From the NCBI GenBank assembly GCA_963745025.1, contig CAVUWD010000005.1, forward strand, positions 160,001-224,000: a DNA stretch of 64,000 nt, written 5' to 3'. Below the pieces are notes generated by a model that did no database searches, was not told where the DNA came from, and saw only the letters and a program-made list of their open reading frames with translations. Origin of the DNA: an uncultured delta proteobacterium (GTDB lineage Bacteria > Desulfobacterota > Binatia > JACPRU01). The number at the start of each line of letters is the position of its first letter. Position 1 is the first letter of the stretch. Shown here in pieces: positions 10,089 to 19,930 of this stretch. The position numbers and the translations under genes are program-made.

Positions 10089-10865
10089 TCAGGCGAGCAG
10101 CCGTCGCCGCACGAGTGTCGTCGCCACCCAATAAGACACCGCGCCGTAGGCGAGCATTACGGAGATATGGAGCGGCGCTCGGGCTGGCCACGCGCCGGTC
10201 ATGAGCGGCCGGATGATCTCGACCGCATGTGTGAGCGGCAGGAAGGTAGCCACCCACTGGAGCGGCATCGGCAGACCCTGCAACGGGAAAAACACGCCGC
10301 AGAAGAGCATCATCGGCGTGACCACCAGCGTCATGTAGTAGAGAAAGAACTCGTAGCTCTTGGAGATCGCGGTGACTACCAATGCCATGGCCGCGAAGCA
10401 GGTGCCGACGAGCAATGCGACGGGCAATACCAGCACCGCGCGAGTCCCGTGCACGATGCCGAGCGCCGCGGCGACGACGAGAATCGCTCCGGCGCTGATC
10501 AGACTCTTGCTCCCCGCCCAGACCATCTCGCCCATGACGATGTCATCGACGTCGAGCGGTGTCGCCAGCATTCCCGCCCACGTCTGCTGCGTCGTCATGC
10601 GGGTGAAGGCGGAATACAGCGATTCGAAGGTCGCCGTGTTCATCGCGCTCGAGCAGACGATTCCGGAGGCGAGAAACGTGATGTAGGGCATCCCGTCCAT
10701 CGAGCCGACGAAGCGTCCGAGGCCATAGCCGAGCGCCAGGAGGTACAACAGTGGATCGCCGAAGTTGCCGACGAGCGAAGGGACGGATAGCTTCCGCCAT
10801 ACCAGTACGTGTCGCTGCCACACGGGAATCCAGCGCAGGCTGAGGGATGGCAGTGGGGCGCTCAT
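10089..10865 (-). CDS. NodJ-like ABC-2 transporter permease
   Basis: DPLLYLLALGYGLG, ATFESLYSAFTRM and FCGVFFP. Its ATG overlaps the ATPase stop codon. Confidence 0.88.
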   Translation of the reverse strand: MSAPLPSLSLRWIPVWQRHVLVWRKLSVPSLVGNFGDPLLYLLALGYGLGRFVGSMDGMPYITFLASGIVCSSAMNTATFESLYSAFTRMTTQQTWAGMLATPLDVDDIVMGEMVWAGSKSLISAGAILVVAAALGIVHGTRAVLVLPVALLVGTCFAAMALVVTAISKSYEFFLYYMTLVVTPMMLFCGVFFPLQGLPMPLQWVATFLPLTHAVEIIRPLMTGAWPARAPLHISVMLAYGAVSYWVATTLVRRRLLA

Positions 10866-11791
10866 CCGTCGCGGAGCTCCCGCCCGGTCAGCTTCACGAA
10901 AACGTCTTCGAGATTGGCGGGCCGATGGAGAAAGCGGAGCTCTGGGTGTCCGCGCAAATCGTCGAGCAGGGGCCCTTCGTCGTGTGCGTAGCAGAAAACG
11001 GTCTCGCCGACCTGCTCCGTGCGCTCGCAGAGCGAGCGGCCGGGCGCGCCGAGCCATCGTTCCACGCCTGGGCCGTAGACCTCGAGGACCTGCGGCTCCA
11101 CGTGATCCTCGATGAGCGCCTGCGGGCTCCCGCTCGCCAGGATCTTCCCATGATCCATGATCACAAGACGGTCGCACAGCCGCTCCGCCTCCTCCATGTA
11201 GTGGGTCGTCAGGATGATGGTCTTCCCTTGCCCGAGCAGCGAGCGCAGACGCTGCCAGATGAGCTGACGCGCCTGCGGGTCGAGCCCGGTCGTCGGTTCG
11301 TCGAGCACCAGTAGATCGGGCTGGTTGATCAGTGCGCGCGCGAGGATCAGGCGGCGTCGCATGCCGCCCGAGAGCGTGTGGATCGCCGCCACCGCCTTCG
11401 ACTCGAGCGCCGCGAACGCGAGTAACCCGGGAATCCTCTCCGCCACGGTCTTGCGCGGGATGTCGAAGTAGCTTCCGTAGACGGCGAGATTTTCGGTCAC
11501 GGTGAAGTCGGGATCGAGATTGTCCCCCTGCGGGACCACGCCGATGCGCCGTCGCATGACGCGAGCGTGATCCGGAATCGGGAAGCCGAGCACTTCGAGC
11601 CGTCCGCCGCTCGGCGGCGTCGTGCCGATTAGCATTCGCAGAATGGTCGTCTTGCCTGCCCCATTCGGCCCGAGAATGCCGAAGCACTCGCCCCGCTCGA
11701 CCTGAAGGTCGATCGCATCGACCACGGGCCGGCCGTCGTAAATCTTGGTTAGCCCGCTCGCCTGTACGACACCGCCGTTGCGCTCGCTCAT
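10862..11791 (-). CDS. NodI-like ABC transporter ATP-binding protein
   Basis: GPNGAGKTT, LSGGMRRRL, LDEPTTGLDPQAR and C-terminal RPANLEDVFVKLTGRELRD. Confidence 0.9.
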   Translation of the reverse strand: MSERNGGVVQASGLTKIYDGRPVVDAIDLQVERGECFGILGPNGAGKTTILRMLIGTTPPSGGRLEVLGFPIPDHARVMRRRIGVVPQGDNLDPDFTVTENLAVYGSYFDIPRKTVAERIPGLLAFAALESKAVAAIHTLSGGMRRRLILARALINQPDLLVLDEPTTGLDPQARQLIWQRLRSLLGQGKTIILTTHYMEEAERLCDRLVIMDHGKILASGSPQALIEDHVEPQVLEVYGPGVERWLGAPGRSLCERTEQVGETVFCYAHDEGPLLDDLRGHPELRFLHRPANLEDVFVKLTGRELRDG

Positions 11792-11945
11792 GATCGGATT
11801 CAGGATAACGTCTGCGCAATGTAGCAAAGTCAACGCTGGAGGAAGGCGTGCGACACCACGAGTTCACGATCGAGCTGCGCAGGGTTCCGGCCGGATCTCG
11901 TCGAGCGGAGCCGGATCTCGATCGCGCGGATCTGGCAAGACGATC

Positions 11946-12479
11946 GTGAAGGCGCTACGGGTCGTCGCACTCTTGGTTCTCGCCGTTGCTCTGGCACGGC
12001 TCGTCGGCAATTCCATGGTTGCGAAGATCGTCGTCTCGAAGTCGCAGCGCTCGCTCACCGCCTATGGCGCGGACGGCCGTGTCTTGAGGGTTTTCCCGGT
12101 GATCGTCGGGCGCGAGCCTACGGGAACGAAGGAGCGGGAAGGCGATGAACGGACGCCCGAAGGCGAGTACTACGTCTGCTTCAAGAACCCCCAGAGCCGA
12201 TTCCATCTCTCGCTCGGGCTGAGCTACCCGAGCCTCGCCGATGCAGAGCGTGGGCTCGAAGCCGGCATGATCGGCTCTGCCGAGTACCGGGAGATCGCCG
12301 AGGCGCACGCGGCGCGGCGGATCCCCCCTTGGAAGACGTCGCTCGGCGGCGAGATCTTCATCCACGGGGAGATGGGCGAGCGCGGCGGAACCGCGGGGTG
12401 CGTCGCGGTCAGCGACCAGGCGATGGAAGAGCTCTTCCCGCAGGTGGACCTCGGCACTCCGGTGTTGATCGAGCCGTGA
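11946..12479 (+). CDS. L,D-transpeptidase (YkuD family)
   Basis: Signal anchor, KEREGDERTPEGEY and the catalytic motif IFIHG...GTAGCVAV. Confidence 0.85.
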   Translation: MKALRVVALLVLAVALARLVGNSMVAKIVVSKSQRSLTAYGADGRVLRVFPVIVGREPTGTKEREGDERTPEGEYYVCFKNPQSRFHLSLGLSYPSLADAERGLEAGMIGSAEYREIAEAHAARRIPPWKTSLGGEIFIHGEMGERGGTAGCVAVSDQAMEELFPQVDLGTPVLIEP

Positions 12480-12515
12480 CAGGACGCGGGCGGGGGGCTA
12501 CACTTGAGCGGCGGC

Positions 12516-12576
12516 TTCACAGTCTGTACAGTTTCGCCGCGAGGTGTCGTAGCTCCGAAACCGTACAAACTGTGAA
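12516..12576. repeat. 21-bp imperfect inverted repeat upstream of sufT
   Basis: TTCACAGTCTGTACAGTTTCG (12516-12536) pairs with CGAAACCGTACAAACTGTGAA (12556-12576), 2 mismatches. Confidence 0.75.
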
Positions 12577-12600
12577 ACGTACCCTCGAAGAGGAGCGTTC

Positions 12601-13158
12601 ATGAGCCACGTCGGAGACCAAGTCCAATTCAGCCGCGATTGCGAGGTCGTGCAGATTCCCGCCGGTCACCGTCTCACGCTGCCGCGCGGCACGGAAGCCA
12701 TCCTCACGCAGTCCCTCGGCGGCACCTTCACGCTGCAGGTGCCCAAGCTCGGCGCGCTGGTTCGCCTTTCCGGTAGCGACGCGGACGCGATCGGCCTCGA
12801 GGCGGGCGTTCTGCCGCAGTCGGGCGTTCTGAGCGCCGCGGCCGGCGATCTCGAGCATGAAGTGTGGGAGATGCTGAAGACCTGCTACGATCCCGAGATC
12901 CCGGTCAACATCGTCGATCTCGGTCTCGTCTACGACCTGCGGGTCTCGTCGACGCCGAGCGGTCAGAGCGAGGTGGAGGTGAAGATGACCCTCACCGCGC
13001 AGGGTTGCGGCATGGGCGCCACGATCGCTGCCGATGCGCAGCAAAAGATCGAGATGCTGTCGGGAGTCGAAGAGGCGCGAGTCGAGATCGTCTGGGACCC
13101 GCCGTGGAGCCCGCAGATGATCTCGCGCGAGGGACGCGAGAAGCTGGGAATCGATTAG
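12601..13158 (+). CDS. sufT: Putative Fe-S cluster assembly protein SufT (DUF59)
   Basis: LTQSLGGTFT, YDPEIPVNIVDLGLVY, MTLTAQGCGMG and VWDPPWS; GAGGAG RBS. Confidence 0.88.
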   Translation: MSHVGDQVQFSRDCEVVQIPAGHRLTLPRGTEAILTQSLGGTFTLQVPKLGALVRLSGSDADAIGLEAGVLPQSGVLSAAAGDLEHEVWEMLKTCYDPEIPVNIVDLGLVYDLRVSSTPSGQSEVEVKMTLTAQGCGMGATIAADAQQKIEMLSGVEEARVEIVWDPPWSPQMISREGREKLGID

Positions 13159-13160
13159 GG

Positions 13161-13225
13161 GGCTGCAGGCTTCGGGCTGCGGGAAGGACACCGCCGCGCT
13201 CTCCCGGAGCTCGTAGCCGGCAGCC
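13161..13225. repeat. Heptamer-armed REP-like palindrome, copy 2
   Basis: GGCTGCAGGCTTCGGGCTGC...GGAGCTCGTAGCCGGCAGCC. Confidence 0.65.
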
Positions 13226-13524
13226 GGCATGTGACCCGCACCCGATCAGTTTTCGCACGACGCTCGAGGAGACGGACGCGGTCGGTTGTGGTCGGCCCGT
13301 ACTCGGGTCGATCACAATCGACCGCAACCGCGCGGAGCGCGGAAGACAATAACCCTCGACACGGTGCTGTCCTTAGGACAGCACCCTCGACACTGGTCTA
13401 TTGTCTTCCGCGCTTGCGCGCGGTGGCTGGATTTTCCGGTCGACCCGAATCCGGGCCGACGGGAAAATCCAGCGCTTCCGGATCGCGAGCGCCGGAGGCG
13501 AAGACTGAGGGCATCACAGCCGGC
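13223..13524. repeat. Multi-hairpin structured element, copy A (candidate ncRNA or MITE)
   Basis: Three long hairpins (13278-13325, 13327-13424, 13426-13473) inside imperfect terminal inverted repeats; homologous to 44097-44279. Confidence 0.8.
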
Positions 13525-13527
13525 AGC

Positions 13528-13962
13528 CTAATTCGTTTGTATCTCCACCAGCCGTCCGTCCTCGAACGTGAGCGTGCCGAGAATCGAGAGCTGGCCGTTG
13601 TAGACCCAGGTCTCGCGGCGCTGTCCGCTGTCGGTCGTGCGAGTCTCGCGTCGTTCCGGCGACCCAGCCGCTTCGAGAGTCTCTTGGTCCGACATGCCGA
13701 GACGAAGGCCGTTCAGCCGGCGTGTTTGTGCTTCGTCCTGGCCAATCAGGTCGAACACGGTCGACTTGAAATCCTGCGCCGCTTGGACGCGGGGATCGGG
13801 CCGCGGCTCGCAGCCGATCGCTGCGAGCGTGACGAGCGTCAGAAGCGTCGCTTGGAGCCGCGTAATGGATTCTCCCGGTGGGGGGCGACGAAGTCGAACC
13901 AAGATGCTCCGCACCTCTGCAGCGTGCGCGGGCAAGTTAGCCGCTGAACCTCCGGCGCGCAA
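13528..13962 (-). CDS. Hypothetical lipoprotein (SmpA/BamE-like C-terminal pattern)
   Basis: Lipobox-like LVTLAAIGC, then LRLGMS..E..G.P, ETWVY and LTFEDGRLV. Start uncertain. Confidence 0.6.
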   Translation of the reverse strand: MRAGGSAANLPAHAAEVRSILVRLRRPPPGESITRLQATLLTLVTLAAIGCEPRPDPRVQAAQDFKSTVFDLIGQDEAQTRRLNGLRLGMSDQETLEAAGSPERRETRTTDSGQRRETWVYNGQLSILGTLTFEDGRLVEIQTN

Positions 13963-14014
13963 GCAAAGTCCTCGAAGGCCAGTCGCGGCGCTGGACCGCT
14001 CCGAGCGATCTCGG

Positions 14015-16408
14015 TCATGCGCGCCCGCTTGTCTCGCGCAGCTCGTCGATGGCGGCGACGGCGAAGCGTGGCCGAATCAGATTCACCATCGGCGGAATGA
14101 AGATCAGCGCGCCGATCAGGTGGAAGGCGAGGAGCAACGTGAGCAGGAGCGCCATCTCGGCCTGGAACTTCATGGGGAAGAACACCCAGTAGATGATGCT
14201 CGCGGTCAGCGACACGCCGGTGAAGAGTACGGTCTTGCCGGTCGTGCGGATGGCGCGCGCGATCGCGTCGTCGAAGCGCCCACCGGCCTCGTCGAGCGGT
14301 ATTCCTCGACGATGCGGCTGAGGCACGTAGTAGCCGTAGTCGATGCCGATGCCGATGCCGACCGCCGCGACCGGCAGCGAGTTGATGTTCATGTCGATGC
14401 CGAGCCAGTACATGACCGCCTCCGACAGCGGCTGCGCGACCAGCGACGGCAGCATGACGATCAACGCGCCGATGACCGACACGTAGGTCAGGTAGCTGAC
14501 AGGACGAACACGACGGTCAGGATCAGCGCCAGGTTGACTCGGTAGGACCACTCGACCTCCTCGTTCACCGCGGCGAGGATGCCGAGCAGGCCGCCGGCCA
14601 GGAGATAGCGGACCGCGTCGTCGGGCTTGGCGACGTGCTGGCGATGTAGTCCTTCGCCTGCGCGATCGAGTTCTTGATCGTCTCGTGGTTGTAGTCCTGG
14701 TAGAAGACAGTGATCGTCGCGTTCGTGTAGGTCGGGTCGAAGAATCGATCGATCTCGCCACGGCGCGTGTTCGACGTGAGCAGGAAGAAGAGTTGCCCGA
14801 CGTGATCGTCGCGATCGGGCAGCATGTTCCACTTCGGATCGCCCTCGTGGAAGGCGCGGAAGATCTTCTTGAGCAGCGTCGCGGCGGTGATCGAGCCGCC
14901 AGCGCCCTGTTTCTCCATGTGCCGGGCGAATCGCTCGAGCTGCTCGAGCGCGTGCGCGTTCTTGAGCGCTTCCCTCCTTTTCCCTTCGGCGATGATCACC
15001 AGCTGCGAAGCGCCGACGAACTTCTCGTTCACTTTGCGAAAGGCGACGTTGTAGGGATGGTCGGGATAGAGCAGCGCCTCGCCGGGTGTCGTGTCTCCGA
15101 CCTTCAGCAGGCGCGAGTAGTAGAGGCCGATCGCCAGCATCACCACGAGCGACGCGGCCATGACGATGCGGCGGGAGCCGGTTGCGAGCCAGAGTGTCGC
15201 GTCGGCGAATCGATCGTAGAAACGCGAGAACAGATTCGGCGCGCTTTCCGGGGGCTGCTTGGGCGGCTTGACGAACGAGAGGATGATCGGGTGCAGCGTG
15301 ACGACGCTGACGAAGATCGAGATGATCCAGAAGCTCGCACAGCAGCGCGAGCTTCTGGATGATCGGAATGCGTGCCACGAAGAGCGTGAGGATCGCGAGC
15401 CCGTCGGCGAGCATCGACACCATCGCGGGCGCGTAGATCTCGGTGTACGACTTGACGATCGGCGGCATCCTTGTCGCGGAGCCGGTGGTACTCCTCGTGG
15501 TAGCGCTCCATCGACTGCACGGAGTGCGAGTGCGCGCGCGCGGTGATGAGGAGCGGGATCACGAGTACGAGCGGATCGAGCGACAGACCGAAGACGCCGC
15601 CGAACCCGAGGCCCCAGATCGCCGACAGGGTGCCGCAGAAGACGGGGATCACTACGCCCTGCCAGCTGCGGAACTCGAGCCAGAGGATCGCGATCATCGT
15701 CGCGACCGAGGCGACCAGCACCCACTCATCTGCGGCAGGAGCTCCATGAAGTAGGCGTAGAGGATCGGCAAACCCCGTCACGTAGATCTTGGTGTTGGCG
15801 TCCTCCTCACGGTGGACGATCTCCTGGAGCTTCTTCCACATTCCGGCGAGGTCGAAGTACTCCTCCCAGAAGCCGGCGACGATGAGCGTCGCCTTGTCGT
15901 CGTCCGAGACGAAGAGGCCGTGAACGCCCTCGGTCGTGTAGACCTTCTGCCTCAGGAAGGCGAGGTCTTCCTTCGTCCTGCGGGAGACGCGGGATAGGTG
16001 AGCGGCACGACCTTGATGCCCGAGCCCGCGGTCAGCGTGGTCTTCAGCTTCGGGTGCGTGATCGAGATCACCTGCTCGCCGTTCACGCCGGGGATGTCGT
16101 GCAGCAGGTCGAGCGTGATGCGGTCGACCTTCTGGATGGTCTCCGGCTTGGTCGAAGATGTCTCCGTCCTTCACCTCGACGATGAGCAGCACGATGTTCG
16201 CCGTGCCGAACATGTCACGGTACTTCGTGTAGAGCTGGATGTACGGATGGCCCGGCGGATAGAGATCGAAGAAGTTCGTGTAAATCGCCATGTGGTACAT
16301 CATGAAGTAGATGAAGTAGGCCGTCGTGACGCCGATGACCCCGATCACGTGCCAGCGGTGTCTCAGCAAGAAAAAGAGATACTTCTCGATGTATCGGCGC
16401 GGCAGCAT
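14015..16408 (-). CDS. MMPL/RND family transporter, broken by several frameshifts
   Basis: ORF pieces in different frames carry LDPLVLVIPLLITARAHSHSVQSMERY, AVGIGIGIDYGYY and TGKTVLFTG and join into one gene of about 790 aa. Confidence 0.82.
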
Positions 16409-16596
16409 TTAGGCCTGTCCGACTCTTATCGATTCTCCAAACGTTCGTTTCGGCTGAAAGGGGTGCGCCATATCACCGCGCTTCGCCGCGAAGCAAAGCC
16501 ACAAGCCTGCCGTGGCGGGTCAGTTTGGGGTCTGCGCCGACGGTGAAGGGGACGTTGCCGGCCTACCAACCGCGCCGGAAAACCCTGCGGACGGCG

Positions 16597-17031
16597 TCAG
16601 CGGGAGTAGATGTATTGCTTCAGGAAATGAATCTCGACCGATTGCTCGTCGCTGATCTCTTTCATCAGGTCCCCGATCGAGACCAGTCCGACGAGCCGCT
16701 CGCCCTCGACGACGGGGAGGTGCCGGCAGCGATGGCGTGTCATCTTGCTCATCGCCTCCTCTCCCGCCTCGTCGGGCTCGGTGAAGATCAGGTCCCGCGT
16801 CATCACCTGTGAGACCGCGGTCGCGGCGATGTCGTGTCCCCGCAGCACGACCCGCCGCATCAGGTCCCGTTCCGTGAAGATGCCCGCCAAACGGTTCCCA
16901 TCGAGGACGACGACGGAACCCGTGTTCGCGTGGTCCATGCGGCGCACGGCTTCGAGTACGGTATCGCCCGCTCCGACCGTGACCACGTCGCCAAGATGCT
17001 TGGCCGCCAGGATCTCGCCGATGGTACGCAT
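16597..17031 (-). CDS. CBS domain-containing protein
   Basis: GIFTERDL, VSQVMT and RHLPVVEGERLVGLVSIGDL; GGGAG RBS. Confidence 0.9.
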   Translation of the reverse strand: MRTIGEILAAKHLGDVVTVGAGDTVLEAVRRMDHANTGSVVVLDGNRLAGIFTERDLMRRVVLRGHDIAATAVSQVMTRDLIFTEPDEAGEEAMSKMTRHRCRHLPVVEGERLVGLVSIGDLMKEISDEQSVEIHFLKQYIYSR

Positions 17032-17191
17032 GAAAGGTCGCTCCCTTCCGCGCCGATGCGGACGCGACTGCAGACTAGCAAAGCCGACAGGGGAAGCCCA
17101 ACCCGGCGAGCGAGCCCTTGCCGACGCTCGGCCTCGCGTCGATGCGGATGGAGCGGACGACACTCTCGCGCTGCTCCTTCGCCTCCTGCGC

Positions 17192-19810
17192 TCAGAGCGA
17201 AGAGGGTGTCGATGGATCCGCGGTCTGAGCCGGCGTGCGCGAGCCGAGGGTGCTGCGTGGGGTGTGTGTCCAGAATTCGACCGTCGCCTCATCCAGTTGC
17301 CGTAGCGCTACGGCGGAGGACGGCTCGCCGACCGCTCGGAGCAGAGCGAGCAGCGGAGCGGGACTCGTGAAGCGATCGATGGCGGCGTGCAGCGACCGCA
17401 GCGGGAGCCCAATCAACCCGAGGCGTCGGGTCTGGCGCTCGAGGCGCCGCCACGCGACGAGCGCCTGGGGATACGGCTGAAAGCTCTCGAACTGCCGAGG
17501 CTTGGGCACGAGCCGTCCGAGCGCCGCGCCGAGCAGGTGCTTGTGCAACGTGCGAACCTCGCGCACCAACTGCTCCGTCTCTTCGACTAGCGCGTAGAGC
17601 CAGGCGGGATCTTCCTCGATGCGCTCGACCTCCCGGCGCAACGCGCGCAGCCGCTCAAGAAGCTCGTCGGCCCGCCGTAGGCGGGAGCGACCGTCGCCCC
17701 GCGCCAGCGGTCCGAGCCCCTCGAGCGCCTCGAGGAAAGAGTCCGCGACGACGATCCGCTCATCGAGACGACGCGCAAGATGCTGCCGCAAGGCGAGGCC
17801 GCCGGCCGAGCGACCGCTCTCGGCACTGCTCGGAACCAGGTCCAATCCTGCCGGATGGGCGCGATCGAAGAACAGCGCGCGGCCGTCCGATTCCGGATCG
17901 AGCAGGCATCCGCGACGGCATCGGCGCAAGCACACCTCCTCGGCGAACCAGCGACCCGCGCTGACGAGCGCTGCGGCGAATCGCGCCGCCGACTCGGGAG
18001 TCGCGGTCAGTACGGTGATTTCCGCGCAGATTCGCTGCTCGAGCCGGGTCCGGGTGCCGTCGCCACGGATGCGCCGGCGCACCACCGCCGACGGCGCGGT
18101 CTGCGGCACTTCCATCCCGGGCAAACGCGCCTGCTCGCTCGCGTCGCGCGAGAATTCTTCGACGCAAGCTCCGGCGGCGGCCATCGCCATCGCCTCCATC
18201 TGCGCGAGGGTGAGGCGGTCGCCCGGGGCGGCGCGCTCGTTCAGATTCTCGAGCTGTCGATAGAGCGCCTCGGCGAGGTCGAGAGTCGCCACGGCTCGTC
18301 GCCGCAGAGCCGTAGTCTCTTCGATCGTTCGCTTGAATCCGTCGCGTACGTCGGAGCGCGGGGCTTTCGGCCCATGAAGCAGGCTCGCCACCATCGAGCG
18401 CTCGACCATGCGGCGGGCAAAACCGCTCGCGGAGAGGCCACGCTCCTCGATCTCCCTGGCGGCGGCGAGGCTGCGGGCCGCGAGCGACGTTTCCGAACGC
18501 AGGCGATGGACCTCGCTCTGATGACGAAGCATTGCCACGAGTCGCGCCGCTGCCGCGCTTCCTGCGAGATCGCGAAGCGCCGTGCGCGCCGCGGCTCGCA
18601 GCCGGTGCGAGGTCGGTGCTCCCTCGCCGGCGAGGGACCGTGGCATGCTCAACTCCGCGCCGCCGAACGTCCACGTCGCGTAGGCGGGCGCATCGAGCAG
18701 TGTCGCGAGCTGGCGTCGGGGTGCCGGAGGAACGACCCCGGCGGGCGCCGCCGGCCTGGCCACGGCCAGCGGACGGCGAAGATACGGCATGGCGAGCGTG
18801 AACCCCTCCGGTAGCGCGCGGCCGAGCTCGATGGTGCGCCGGCGCGCGGCTTCGATGTGATGCAAGGCCGCGGGAACGTCGATCGGCGCCACCGGAATCG
18901 CCTGTCCTTCCTCGAGCGCTCGACCGATCTCTCCGGTGGTCTCGGGAGCGACGGCCGTGACGAGGTTCACTGCGCGCAGGCCGGCGTCGACGCTGATGCA
19001 GGCGAGGACGATGTCGCGAAGCTCGAGCGCTCCCGGGAACGAGATGCCGACGTTGAAGCTGCCCGTGGCGTCCGCCCCGCTCACCCAGGCCTCGAGGCTC
19101 CGCGCCGCCGGCCGAATGCCGAGGTGCTCGAGCCGGCGCAAGGCCTCGAGCACGCGGCGCCGCTCGGCGCCGTGCGCTCGAGCGAGCCAGCGGCCGAGGG
19201 CTCGCGCCCCGGCGGGCTCGCCGCGGTTGGCGACGCGCTGGATCATCAGCGTGCGGAGCGCTTCGTCGCTCTCGTGGGGAAACAAGGGGTCGAACGCCGC
19301 GCCGAGTCTCACCTGGGCGTGCGGTCGTGCGGTCGCGACCGAAATGGCGTCGAGAAGCGCTCGGCGCTCGCGTGGAGGGGATCCGCGGTAGAGCTCGACG
19401 ACCTGCGCCATACCCGTGCGATCACGCAGGCGATCGAGCAGCGTGTCGATCGACAAGAGGCTCAGGTAACGGATCTCCTCCGGCTCGAGGAGCCGTTCGA
19501 GCTGATCGGCGGCCACACCGGTCAACACCTGCGCGATCTCGGCTCGGGCGCGCTCGGAGCGTTCTGCATCGCGAAAGGCATTGGTCAGCGTCTGCGTATC
19601 AGCGGGGGTGGCGATCTCGTGGAGGGCGGCAGCAGCCATGCCGTGGACGGACGGCTCGCCCCCGAGCAGGTCGAGAAGGAGCGGCACGGCCGTCTCGCGT
19701 GCCGCACGAAGCGGCTCGACCCGATAGCGGAATTCCGCTTCCGACATCGGCATTCGATCCGCGAGATCGGAGAGTAGGCGGCGAATGTCCGGTGCGCAGT
19801 CGTCGCTCAT
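17192..19810 (-). CDS. Large hypothetical protein (helical/HEAT-like N-terminus)
   Basis: 872-codon ORF filling the gap between recognisable genes. No family recognised. Confidence 0.65.
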   Translation of the reverse strand: MSDDCAPDIRRLLSDLADRMPMSEAEFRYRVEPLRAARETAVPLLLDLLGGEPSVHGMAAAALHEIATPADTQTLTNAFRDAERSERARAEIAQVLTGVAADQLERLLEPEEIRYLSLLSIDTLLDRLRDRTGMAQVVELYRGSPPRERRALLDAISVATARPHAQVRLGAAFDPLFPHESDEALRTLMIQRVANRGEPAGARALGRWLARAHGAERRRVLEALRRLEHLGIRPAARSLEAWVSGADATGSFNVGISFPGALELRDIVLACISVDAGLRAVNLVTAVAPETTGEIGRALEEGQAIPVAPIDVPAALHHIEAARRRTIELGRALPEGFTLAMPYLRRPLAVARPAAPAGVVPPAPRRQLATLLDAPAYATWTFGGAELSMPRSLAGEGAPTSHRLRAAARTALRDLAGSAAAARLVAMLRHQSEVHRLRSETSLAARSLAAAREIEERGLSASGFARRMVERSMVASLLHGPKAPRSDVRDGFKRTIEETTALRRRAVATLDLAEALYRQLENLNERAAPGDRLTLAQMEAMAMAAAGACVEEFSRDASEQARLPGMEVPQTAPSAVVRRRIRGDGTRTRLEQRICAEITVLTATPESAARFAAALVSAGRWFAEEVCLRRCRRGCLLDPESDGRALFFDRAHPAGLDLVPSSAESGRSAGGLALRQHLARRLDERIVVADSFLEALEGLGPLARGDGRSRLRRADELLERLRALRREVERIEEDPAWLYALVEETEQLVREVRTLHKHLLGAALGRLVPKPRQFESFQPYPQALVAWRRLERQTRRLGLIGLPLRSLHAAIDRFTSPAPLLALLRAVGEPSSAVALRQLDEATVEFWTHTPRSTLGSRTPAQTADPSTPSSL

Positions 19811-19930
19811 GCCGCGCTTGTTATCGAGACCAAACCACCACGTTGTCAAATCCAGCCGCCGGGGACGAAGACGATGGTCAAGTCCGTCGACCGTGGTCGG
19901 CGTCGGTGCCATCTGCTACGTAGCGATCCG

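Noticed and set aside
9907-10134. 75-aa ORF after the AT-rich region
   Set aside because: Overlaps the 3-prime end of the permease on the opposite strand and has no recognisable motif; cannot be supported.
10089-11791. NodI/NodJ as evidence of nodulation
   Set aside because: Homologs are widespread in non-rhizobia and no nodABC genes are present.
13320-13430. Integron attC site interpretation of the central hairpin (extrahelical bases, AAC at the left end)
   Set aside because: The left box is not RYYYAAC, the right end reads GGTGG rather than GTTRRRY, and there is no integrase or cassette array.
13223-13524. CRISPR array interpretation of the repeated hairpins
   Set aside because: No identical direct repeats separated by unique spacers, and no cas genes.
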